DNA from: a virus
Taxonomy: Duplodnaviria; Caudoviricetes
Direction: 5' to 3' (one strand)
Virus record (IMG/VR): IMGVR_UViG_3300025132_000044
Span: 1-57,283 of that record
DNA: 57,283 bases
The translations under genes were made by a program, and so were the position numbers. Each line of letters opens with the position of its first letter. Positions within the stretch are counted from its first letter, which is position 1. Below are positions 27,782 to 39,900 of the stretch, one piece after another. Below the pieces are notes generated by a model. It saw only the letters and a program-made list of their open reading frames with translations. It ran no database searches and was not told where the DNA came from.

Positions 27782-30700
27782 AAACACTAAAAACAAATAT
27801 TCAATCAATTGATAAAATATTTCATATATCTGATATTCATATTAGGACATTAAAACGACACAAAGAATATCAAGAAGTATTTGATACATTATTTTTACAT
27901 ATTGCTCAACATGCAACGGATCAAAGTATTTGTGTAGTAACTGGAGATATAGTACATTCTAAATTAGATATGTCGCCAGAATTAATTAACATGCTAACAA
28001 AATTCTTTAATGGATTTCATATTCCAACAATTGTAATATTAGGTAATCACGATATGAATTTAAATAATTTATATAGATTAGATGCTATATCGCCAATATT
28101 AGATGTTATTGATAATACAAATATATACTTTATAAAAGAAAATGGGTTATTTAAATTTGCAAACGTTGTATTTAATCATATGGCTGTTGATGTAGCTCCA
28201 AAAGACTATATTCAAGCTAAAGACTTCGATGCTCATTATAAAGTAGCATTACATCACGGAGCTGTACATAACGCAAAAACAGATATTGGATTTCAAATAT
28301 CAAATGATCATGTTACAACAGATTTATTTGAAGGACATGATTTAACATTATTAGGTGATATACATAAGCCTGCACAATTCTTAAACAAAGAAAAAACAAT
28401 TGGATATCCTGGATCATTAATACAACAAAATCATGGAGAAGCACTTAATCACGGCATATTAGTATGGGATTTACCAGATCGATGTTCAGAATTTATTGAA
28501 ATAGAAAATAAATATGGATATGTAACCTTTGAGGTAGATAATGGTAAAATTATTAATTCTCCTAAACGTGTTCCTAATAAACCTAGAGTACGAATTAAAT
28601 TTAATGATACTGATGCATCTGATATTAAAAAGTTAATTGCAACTATTAGAAAAAAATATAAAGTTCAAGATATATCTATACAACGATCTGCAAATCATAT
28701 TGATAATAATCAAAATGGATCAATTGCAATTGGAAATGTTAGAGATGTAGAACATCAAAATAATTTAATAACAACGTTTATTGAAGATAATTATCCAGAA
28801 GCAGATAAAAAAGAATTAGATGCTATACGACATATTAATAGAACAATTAACTCAAAACTGCCAATACTAGAATCTGTAAGAAATGTAACATGGCATCCAA
28901 TATCATTTGAATTTAATAATATGTTTTCATATGGCGAAAATAATAAAGTAGATTTTTCAAAATTATCTGATGTTATAGGATTATTTGCAGCAAATGCATC
29001 AGGTAAATCATCACTTTTAGATGCAATAACATATACAATATTTGATAAATGTAGTAAAACAAGTAAATCAAAAGAAGTTTTAAATAATAAAAAGTCTGGA
29101 TTTAAAGGAGTATTTAAATTTATGTTAAACAATAAATTATATACTATCGAGCGAGAAGGAATAACATTAAAACATGGCCATGTTAAAGTAAATGTAAATT
29201 TTTACAATGAAGATCAAAATTTAAATGGAGAAGAAAGAAGTGATACAAATAAAAGTATTAGAAGATATTTAGGAACGTACGATGATTTTATTTTAACTGC
29301 ATTTTCATTACAAGCAGATAATAATAATTTTATAGAAAAATCTCAAAGAGAACGAAAAGATTTATTATCACAATTTCTTGATACAACAGTATTTGAACAA
29401 CTATACCATTTAGCATCAGAAGAAATAAAAGAAACTTCTGGTAAATTAAAAGAATATAAAAAAACTGATTTTGGTTTAATTATACGTGAATCGGATGATA
29501 TAATTTTAAAAAATCAAGATAAAATTATTGAATTGGAAAAAGGAGATACTGATTTACAAGAATCAAGAAATAATCTACAAAATCAAATAGTAGAATTAAT
29601 TGAGTCTAAACAACCAATGTCATATGATGGTCCAAATATCAAAAAACTACAACAAGATGAATCATCTTTAATTAAAGAAATTGAAGATATAGATATTAAT
29701 TGTAATTCATTAGAAAATAAAATTAATAGTAATAAATCTAATATATCATCATATCAAACAACAATTAATAAAGATCAATTTGAAAAAATATCAAACGAAT
29801 TATCAGATATTATTAAGAAAAAAGATGTAATATCAAATGAAATAAGTACATTAACAAGTTTAATAACTTCACAAAAAAAGAAAATAGATCATTTAAAAAC
29901 TCATGAATATGATGATACATGTAAATATTGTATTGAAAATATATTTGTTAAAGATGCATTAGAAGCAAAAAGATTACTTCCTGGAAATGAATTACATTTA
30001 AAAAATAAAATAGGAGCAGCTGAATTCTTTCAACAACGTATTGATAGATTAAATTCTTCAATTCATGAATATCAAGAAAAAATAAATTTAAAAAATAAAA
30101 TTGAAAAATTAGAATTACAATTACAAATTTTAGAAAGCGATATACAAACAAAAGAATCAGAATTAGAAACTAATGCTGAACGACAAGAATTATTTCGAAA
30201 AAATGAATCAGCTATTACTTATAATGAAACTATAGATAAAAAAATAGAATCAAAAAAGAAATTAATTTCTGAAACCACAACGTTAATAAAAGATATTACA
30301 GATAAAATTAAATCAAATCACGGAGAAATAGAAGTTGCTAAAACACAAAAGAAAACAGCATTAGAACAATTGGATACATATAAACAATTAGAAACTGAAT
30401 ATAAAGCATATGAATATTATTTACAATCTGTAAAGCGTGATGGTGTTCCTTATGAATTAATTAAAAAAGCGTTACCTAAAATTGAAACAGAAATAAACAA
30501 TGTATTAAATCAAGTAGTAGATTTTAATATGGTGTTAAATACAGATGGTAAAAATATTAACGGATATATTATATACGACGAAGATAATTTCTGGCCATTA
30601 GAATTAACATCTGGTATGGAAAGATTTATATCATCATTAGCAATTCGTGTAGCATTAATTAATGTTTCTGCATTACCAAGACCAAATTTTATAGCTATTG

Positions 30701-30882
30701 ACGAAGGTTGGGGTAGTTTAGATAGAGAACATATTTCTGCAGTTACTAATTTATTTGAATATTTTAGAACCAAATTTGATTTTTCTATCATTATATCGCA
30801 TGTCGAATCAATGAGAGATATGGTAGATAACTTAATTGAAGTAAATAAGATTAAAAATTTCAGCCAGATTCTACATACATAA
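27772..30882 (+). CDS. fused SbcD/Mre11 nuclease - SbcC/Rad50 ATPase (gp47-gp46-like)
   Basis: ISDIH, TGD, GNHD, GDIH; Walker A ANASGKSS, coiled coil with CKYC hook, SGME signature, IDEGWGSLD, IISH. Confidence 0.92.
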   Translation: MEIKTLKTNIQSIDKIFHISDIHIRTLKRHKEYQEVFDTLFLHIAQHATDQSICVVTGDIVHSKLDMSPELINMLTKFFNGFHIPTIVILGNHDMNLNNLYRLDAISPILDVIDNTNIYFIKENGLFKFANVVFNHMAVDVAPKDYIQAKDFDAHYKVALHHGAVHNAKTDIGFQISNDHVTTDLFEGHDLTLLGDIHKPAQFLNKEKTIGYPGSLIQQNHGEALNHGILVWDLPDRCSEFIEIENKYGYVTFEVDNGKIINSPKRVPNKPRVRIKFNDTDASDIKKLIATIRKKYKVQDISIQRSANHIDNNQNGSIAIGNVRDVEHQNNLITTFIEDNYPEADKKELDAIRHINRTINSKLPILESVRNVTWHPISFEFNNMFSYGENNKVDFSKLSDVIGLFAANASGKSSLLDAITYTIFDKCSKTSKSKEVLNNKKSGFKGVFKFMLNNKLYTIEREGITLKHGHVKVNVNFYNEDQNLNGEERSDTNKSIRRYLGTYDDFILTAFSLQADNNNFIEKSQRERKDLLSQFLDTTVFEQLYHLASEEIKETSGKLKEYKKTDFGLIIRESDDIILKNQDKIIELEKGDTDLQESRNNLQNQIVELIESKQPMSYDGPNIKKLQQDESSLIKEIEDIDINCNSLENKINSNKSNISSYQTTINKDQFEKISNELSDIIKKKDVISNEISTLTSLITSQKKKIDHLKTHEYDDTCKYCIENIFVKDALEAKRLLPGNELHLKNKIGAAEFFQQRIDRLNSSIHEYQEKINLKNKIEKLELQLQILESDIQTKESELETNAERQELFRKNESAITYNETIDKKIESKKKLISETTTLIKDITDKIKSNHGEIEVAKTQKKTALEQLDTYKQLETEYKAYEYYLQSVKRDGVPYELIKKALPKIETEINNVLNQVVDFNMVLNTDGKNINGYIIYDEDNFWPLELTSGMERFISSLAIRVALINVSALPRPNFIAIDEGWGSLDREHISAVTNLFEYFRTKFDFSIIISHVESMRDMVDNLIEVNKIKNFSQILHT

Positions 30883-30890
30883 TATTTATA
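30882..30890 (+). promoter_or_regulatory. late-promoter motif ATATTTATA
   Basis: Upstream of the giant fibre gene. Confidence 0.7.
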
Positions 30891-30908
30891 AAAAAAGAAT
30901 ATTATAGT

Positions 30909-33900
30909 ATGAAGAAAGCTATAGCTAATTTACAGAACTTAGATCGTTTAGATACATATATTACAGATACATCATTATTATCTCCTAATATATTTAATAT
31001 TACACTTTTACCTGATAAATTAACATTAGGTAAAAATTTATTTAAATTAAAAGGAGTACCTAATATATTTCAACCAGGTACTGATTTACAAATTGAAATT
31101 TTAGATTCTAATGGTAATCCAATTTATCATGAAGTGGTTAATAAAATTGATCCAGATAATTCAAGATTTATTGCAATTTATATTTATGACAATACTCCAA
31201 GTGGAGATTGTTTAATAACATTAGCTGCAACATTAGATTCATATAATAACGAATCAATTCCTGCGAGTTGGAGAAATATTGTTAATGCAAAATGGAGTGT
31301 AACTACTCCAGTCGATACAAAATCACCTAATGTAAATAATATTATATTTGATTCATTAAATTTACCAGAAGCAACCGTTTCAGAACAAATTGGAGTACGT
31401 TTAGATAGACAATATAATGATAATACTCAATTTCCAATTTTTTCAGATGGATTAATTGAATTTGAAACCAAAGAAAATTCATCTATAGCAAAAATAACTG
31501 GAGGAGAATTTAGACCAGATATGGTTGGAGGAACATTAACAGTTACATCGCCAGTAAATCCTACACCGTTATCAACTATACCAACATCTTCTGCTAGAAT
31601 ATATTCTTCTACTATTAAAAAAGTATTAAGTAAAGATTTTATACAATTAGATAATAAATTTGTATTTACATTAAGTCAAAGTTTATCTCAACATCAATAT
31701 ACAAAATTTGATCCATCTTCATATACTATAGAATATGAAGCAGCTCCAAATTATATAGGTACCCAACATTCTGAATCATTTGCATTAACTGAAATTACAA
31801 AATTAGATCCAGCAATTGGGGATATTTCAAGAATTAAATTATATATTAATAGTTCAGCAACAATTGGAACATTTGAATTAATTAATGATATCTTATTAGA
31901 ACCAACTGAAATATTTGTAGATGCAACTGGATCAATATTACCAGATGTTGGAGTTGGTTTTTTTACATCTCAAAGCATTATTGATGAATATTGGGAATCA
32001 CATACATATATTGGAAAAACAGAAGATGGTGCGCCTACATTAACATTTACAACAAGCTCATTAAATAATGCTGTTTCAATATTACCTTCGATTGATTATT
32101 CAAATGATGATAGTGTTTTAATATTTCAAACAAAAGAATCATTACCAGGAGTATTTGTAGAAAATTCTGAATATAAAATAATCTTTGACGCAATTGCAAC
32201 AAAAAATTCTTTAAGTAATTTTCAATCTCCTAAACTTTCAATATATTTATCAGGCTCATCTTTTTTTAATGATGTTGTAAATACATTAAACGGAGCTTTA
32301 CCAGTATCATTAGGAAGAAAAATTGGTGAACTAGTAATTGATGCTAATCAACAGCGATTAGATGATCAACAATTTGTATTTAATGCTGATAAAACAGGTA
32401 ATGGATCTTTATTATTTGTTATAGAATCTGGAGAATGGCAATTTTCAGATATTAGAACATTGACATCAGCTGAAAATGGATTCACAGAAAATTATACAAG
32501 ATTTAGAACAGATATACCAGTAAAACATAAATCAAATAATGAGTTACAATTTAAAATAGAATATTATAATATAGCTGGTGTTAAAAGTGAACATGAAACA
32601 ATTATAGGAAATAAAGTATTTGAAGGAGGAAATCGTTATATCGACGGCGATTTTTCAATGTTAACTGGTTCATTAACCGTAGCAGATTCTTTAAATTCAG
32701 GTGTTGAAATTGTAGGACTTCAAAATACTGGATATATTAGATCATTAGGATATGAAGGATTTAATCAAGCAACCGGGTCTGGAGGAGGATTTTTATTATT
32801 TTCAGGATCTGCTTTACCACAACAGTCAGAAACATCATATAGTGGAGTTGGTTTAGAATTAGTTGCAAACGAAAATAATTTTTTTAAATATAGAACAGAT
32901 CCTAGTATATTAGACATACATACACAAACATTCTTTTTAGGAAATGAAGCAACTCAATTCATAAGTGGATCTGCAGGACAATTAGAAATATCTTCTTCAG
33001 GATATCATATACAAAATAACGGAGATATTACAGCTTCTAGAATATTAATTGAAGGCGGTACTATAACAGATAATGTAACAATTTTAGGATCTGTCTCTGC
33101 TAATAGTATATTAACACCAGCAATAATTAATGGAAATCCTTCAAACGAAAATAATGCATCTTCATCAATTTCAGATCAAGGATTTGCAAGATTTGTATCT
33201 GCATCTATTGCAGGGTTTGTTGTTAATACTGAAGAAATAAAATCTGCAGATGAATCATTAAGATTAAAATCAGAAGGTCAAATAACGGCATCAAGAGTTT
33301 TATTAGAAGGAGGAACAATAACAGATGGAGTAACAATTTTAGGATCTGTTACAGCAAATAGTATTCAGACTCCAGCTACAATAGGAGGATCTCCTTCAAC
33401 TCCAGCAAATGCATCATCTTCTATATCTTCTACCGGACTTGCAATATTTAAGTCTGCATCAATTGGTGGATGGGATATAACAACTGGCTCAATTGAAGGC
33501 GGTAATCTTATAATGAAACCCGAAGGTATATTACAAACAAAAGATTTTGCTAGTGGATTTAAAGGATGGAAAATATCATCACAAGGAAATGGTACTGCAG
33601 AATTTGAAAATGTAAGAATTAGAGGTACCTTAAGAACAACTACATTTGAAAAAGAATCAGTTAATGCTATTGGAGGACAAGTTTGGGTTGCAAATGCAAC
33701 TACAATAACAGGATCGGGAGTTGCAGCTACTGATACTACGATGTCAGTAAAAAATGCTAGTGGATTTGCTGTTGATGAAATATTATTAGCTAAAAAAGTT
33801 GATTCAACCGGATTTCAGACAGAATATTTACTAGTTGAATCTGCTTCATTAGATGGAGATAATTCAAATGAAGATGAAGTGTTTGGTAGAATATATGTTC

Positions 33901-36900
33901 AGCGTGGATATGGATCTGGTAGTGGTGGTGACTTTGTAGGTGACTTAGCTTCAACATCACAATCATATGATGAAGGACAAGTTATAGTATCAACAGGAAA
34001 AATTGGTACTGGGTATATTAAGATAAATGCAAATCCTAATGACACTGATACTCCATTTATTGATATTGTTGAAAGAACTGGTAGTGGATTATATGATGTA
34101 CAATTGAAAGCAAGATTAGGAGATCTTAAAGGATTAGCTAATTCTGATAGAGTATTCGGAAATTCAAATCCAGGCTTTGGATTACAAACAGATAATGTAT
34201 TTTTGCAAGGAGGTATTAGAGCTAATACAGGTTCTATTGGAGGAATACATTTAGAAGATAATAAATTATATATTGGAGTTGGAAACCATGCAAACGCAGA
34301 TACTGGATTTTATGTTGATTCTAGTTCTAAATTTTCATTAGGAGATAAATTAACATGGGATGGGTCTGCATTAACTGTACGAGGGCAATTAAGATTAGAT
34401 TCAGGACAAAATGTACAAGATGCTATTAATGAAGCCACTGCTTCAAATACAGCAAAAACATTAGTTTTAACTTCAGATTCACAAATTTTTGCATTTGAAA
34501 GTGCAAGTGATAGCACAGCAGATCCAACTAATATTATATTTAAAATAGCTCAACAGAATTTAAATGCTAGTATATCTGCTAGTAATATTACTATTACAAC
34601 CCCCGCAGGAGCAGCTGTTACAAATTTTGATTTTGATACCGGAAGCGTTTCTCCAAATTCATCAGTACCACCGTTATATAGTGGTGTAGTTAGCGGAAGT
34701 TTAACATTTGCAGGAGCTTTGGATGCTGGAGGTTTAAATAGCGATAAAACAAATCTTCCAGTAACTATAGTTGCAACAAGGGATGGATTATCAGACACTA
34801 CAACTATATTCAAAATACAAGGTGGCTCATCTGGGTCTGATGGTGTTAGTGGGCAAAGTGCTAAATCATTAGTAGCATCTGTAGATTCTCAAGTATTTGC
34901 ATTTGATAGCGCTAGTGACAATACAGCCGATCCATCAAATATTATATTTAGTTTTAATCAACAAAACTTAACAAGAGCATTAGCATCAACAGATGTACAA
35001 GTTAAAACAGCTGGAGGTTCTGATATAACTGGATTTAGTTTTGATAATAACAGTATAACAAGCGGAACAGGTATAGTTAGTGGTAGTATAGTATTTGCAA
35101 GTGCATTAGGTAGCGGAGGTGTAGGAGCAGATAAAGCAAATCTACCAATAACAATTACAGCTAGTTTAGACGATTTAACAGATATTATAAAAGTATTTAA
35201 AGTTCAAGGTGGATCATCTGGTTCTGATGGTACAGACGGTACAGATGCGGTAACAGCATTTTTAACCAATGAAGCTCATACATTTGCGTCATTAAACAAT
35301 GGAACAATCGTTTCATTTACAGGAGGAACTTCAGATATGGAAGTATTTGAAGGTATTACAAATGTTACTGCAAATTACACATTCACCGGATCTAATTCAG
35401 ATGGTGTTACCGCAACTAGTTCAAGCAATAGCCTTACTATAACTGGAATGAGTTCTGATAGCGGATCTATTAACTTTACTGCAAAATCAGCGAGTGTTAG
35501 CTTAACCAAAACAATGACATTGGCTAAATCTAAACAAGGAACACAAGGACTATCAGGAGCAAATGCTAAATTATTAACAGTAACGTCAGACTCACAAGTA
35601 TTTTCATTTCCATCTGCGTCATCCAATACACCAATTGATAATGATATATTGTTTATAATTAATCAACAAAATTTATCAACAGAAATTGATAGTTCTGAAA
35701 TTTCAATTACTACACCAGGAGGATCTGCAATAACTGGCTTTTCATTAAAAACTGATGTGGCAAATAATTCTGGATTATTTACAGGTGAAGTTTCTGCTAG
35801 CATTTCATTTACTGGTGCAACGGATGCAGGAGGATTAAATTCAAACAAATCAAATTTACCGTTAACTATCACAGTATCATCTGGATCATTGAATGACACA
35901 ACAAAAATCTTTAAATTAGAAGGAGGAAGTTCAGGTTCAGACGGAACAGACGGAACAGACGGAGTTACAGCATTTTTAACTAATGAATCTCATACTTTTC
36001 CAGCAGATCAAACTGGTACAATTGCATCATTTGCTGGTGGAGAAACAGAAATGGAGGTTTTTGAAGGTATTACAAATGTTACTACAAATTATACCTTTAC
36101 AGGATCTAATTCTGAAGGAGTAACTGCTACCAGTTCAAGTAATAGTTTAACAATTACAGGATTATCAAAAGATTCTGGATCAGTTAATTTTACAGCTAAA
36201 TCCGCTAGCGTATCAATTACTAAGACAATGTCGTTAGCTAAATCCAGACAAGGTCAATCTTCAATAACTGCATTTTTAACTAATGAGTCCCAAACATTCC
36301 CAGCTAATTCATCTGGTGTTGTTTCTAGTTTTGCTGATGGAACAACTATAATGGAAGTATTTAATGGACTAAATAATGTAACTTCCAGCTTTGCATTTAC
36401 TGGATCAAATACAGACGGAGTTACAGCAACTAGTTCTAGTAATGAAATACAAGTAACCGGAATGGCACATGATTCTGGTTCTATAACATTTACAGCAAAA
36501 TCTGGATCAGGTGACGGATTAGTTTCAATTTCAAAAATATTTTCATTAGCTAAATCAAGAGCTGGAGTAGACGGATCAGGTGCAAGTGCCAGAATGTTAT
36601 CAGTAACAACAGATTCTCAAATATTTTCATTTGCGTCTGCATCATCAGATATTGCATTAGATGATGATATATTAATAATAATTAATCATCAAAATTTAAC
36701 TAGTTCACCATTACCAAGTGATATTACAATAAAAGATTCAAATGGTACTACCATAACAAATCCTACATTTGTTTCATCATCCACATCAGGCACTGGTCAA
36801 GTTTCTGGTAGTATAACATTTAGTAGTACATTGAGTGGTACTAAAAGTAAATTGCCTATAACAATTGAAGCGTCAAAAGATTCTGTTAGTGATATAACAA

Positions 36901-39900
36901 CAGTATTTGGACTTAATGGAGGTTCAGATGGTACCGACGGAGTAAATGGGGCAACTGCTAAATCATTAATAGCGTCTGTCGACTCACAAGTATTTTCTTT
37001 CTTAAGTGCAAGTGATAGCACAGCAGATCCAACTAGTATTATATTTAGCTTCAATCAACAAAATTTAAATGCGGCTATTGATAGTTCTGATGTCACAATA
37101 TCAACTGCTGGCGGAAACGTTACAAATTTTGATTTTGATAATAATAGCGTAACAAATTCAGGAGGTAATTTTAGTGGTATAGCATCTGGTAGTATATCAT
37201 TTGCTGGAGCGTTGGATGCTGGAGGATTATCATCTACAAAAACAAATCTGCCAGTAACTATATCAGCTACAAAAAATAGTTTAACAGATACAATAAAAAT
37301 ATTTAAAGTTCAAGGTGGATCATCTGGATCAGATGGAAGCGATGGAAGCGATGGTACTGATGCTGTAACTGCATTCTTAACTAATGAAGCTCATACATTT
37401 GCAGCACAAAATAACGGTACTGTTGTATCATTTACAGGTGGTACTACTGATATGGAAGTATTTGAAGGTATAACTAATGTAACTTCTAATTACACGTTCA
37501 CCGGATCTAACTCAGACGGCGTTACTGCAACAAGTTCTAGTAACTCATTAACAATTACAGGTATGAGTCATGATAGTGGATCTGTTAATTTTACTGCAAA
37601 ATCTGCTAGTGTTAGTCTAACAAAAACTATGACACTAGCAAAGTCAAAACAAGGTACACAAGGTTTAAGTGGAGCAAATGCTAAATTATTAACAGTTACA
37701 TCTGATTCTCAAGTATTTGCATTTCCGTCTGCATCTTCAAATGATGCTGTTGATAACGATATTTTATTTATAATCAATCAACAAAATTTATCAACAGAAA
37801 TTGATAGTTCAGAAATATCTATAACAAATCCTGCAGGATCAGCAATAACCGGATTTTCATTAAAAACCGATGTAGCAAATAATTCTGGTTTATTTACCGG
37901 AGAAGTTTCAGCAAGTATTACTTTTACAGGAGCTACAGATGCCGGCGGATTAAATTCAGACAAATCAAATTTACCATTAACTATCACAGTAACATCAGGA
38001 TCATTAACAGACACTACTAAGATTTTTAAATTAGAAGGCGGTTCTTCAGGGTCAGATGGATCTGATGGCGCTGCAGGATCTGATGGCGCTGATGCGGTAA
38101 CTGCATTTCTTACAAATGAAGCACATACCTTTGCCGCAGATCAGGCTGGAAATATAGCTTCGTTTGCTGGTGGTACCACTGACATGGAAGTATTTGAAGG
38201 CATTACAAATGTTACTGCAAATTATACATTTACTGGTTCAAACTCTGAAGGAGTTACCGCAACAAGCTCAAGTAATAGTCTTACTATAACTGGGTTATCA
38301 CAAGACTCTGGATCTGTTAATTTTACTGCAAAATCTGCAAGTGTATCAATTACTAAGACAATGTCTCTTGTAAAGTCTAGGCAAGGGCAATCTGCAATAA
38401 CTGCATTTTTAACTAATGAGTCCCAAACATTCCCAGCTGCAGCTAATGGAACTATATCTGACTTTTCTGTTGGTACAACAACAATGCAGGTATTTGAAGG
38501 ATTAACAAATGTAACATCTAGCTTTGCATTTACAGGTTCAAATTCTGATGGAGTAACTGCTACTAGTTCTAGTAATGAAATTCAAATTACTGGTATGTCT
38601 CATGATTCTGGTTCTATAACTTTTACTGCAAAATCTGGATCTGGTGATGGATTAGTGTCAATATCAAAAGTATTTGCATTAGCTAAATCAAGAGCAGGTA
38701 CAGATGGTACTCCTGGTTCTAGTGCAAAATTAATTACATTAACAACCGATTCTCAAATATTTTCATTTCCATCTGCATCTAGTAGCGATGCTATTGATGA
38801 TGATATACTATTTATTATAAATCAACAAAATTTAGATTCTGCAGTTGTAACTGGTAATATTACTATAAAAGATTCAGGAGGATCGACATTAACTAATCCT
38901 AGTTTAGAAACAGACGTTACATCAGGAACAGGTCAAGTATCAGGTAGTATTACATTTAGTGGTACAGTTGGAGGAGATAAAACTAAACTTCCTTTAACAA
39001 TTGAAGTAGCTCGTGATAGTGTTAGTGACACAACAAGAATTTTTAAATTAGAAGGAGGTTCATCTGGATCAGACGGATCAGACGGATCAGACGGACAATC
39101 AGCAATAACTGCGTTTTTAACTAATGAATCTCATACATTCCCAGCTGCAGCAAACGGCACTGTTCCAGACTTCTCTACTGGAACTAGTGATATGATCGTG
39201 TTTTTAGGTTTAGATAATGTTACATCTAATTTTACATTTACTGGATCTAATTCTGATGGTGTTACTGCTACAAGCTCAAGTAACTCATTAACTATTACAG
39301 GAATGAGTCACGATTCGGGATCTATTAATTTCACAGCAGTTAGTGCAAGTGTTAGTTTAACTAAAACAATGAATTTAGCTAAATCAAAAACAGGCGAAAC
39401 TGGATCTACTGCTAAAACATTAACATTAACAACTGATTCTCAAATATTTTCATTTTTATCTGCTTCATCTAACGATGCAATTGACGATGATATATTGTTT
39501 ACAATTAATCAACAAAATTTATCAGGAACAATTGGAAGTGGTGATATAACAATATCAACAGCTGGTGGAGTTCCTACTCTTATTACTAATTTCTCATTAG
39601 ATAATAACAGTGTTACATCTGGGACAGGAATTGTATCTGGAAGTTTAACCTTTACGGGAGCAACAAATGCAGGAGGATTAAATTCAACAAAAAGCAATCT
39701 TCCAGTAACAATTACTGTAACAAAAGACAGCTTAACAGATACAACTAGAATTTTTAAATTAGAAGGCGGATCATCTGGATCAGATGGATCAGATGGAGCT
39801 GCTGGAGCAGACGGAGCTCCTGCGGTAACCGCATTTCTTACAAATGAAGCTCATACATTTCCTGCAGATGTTAATGGAACTATTTCTAGTTTTACCGAAG

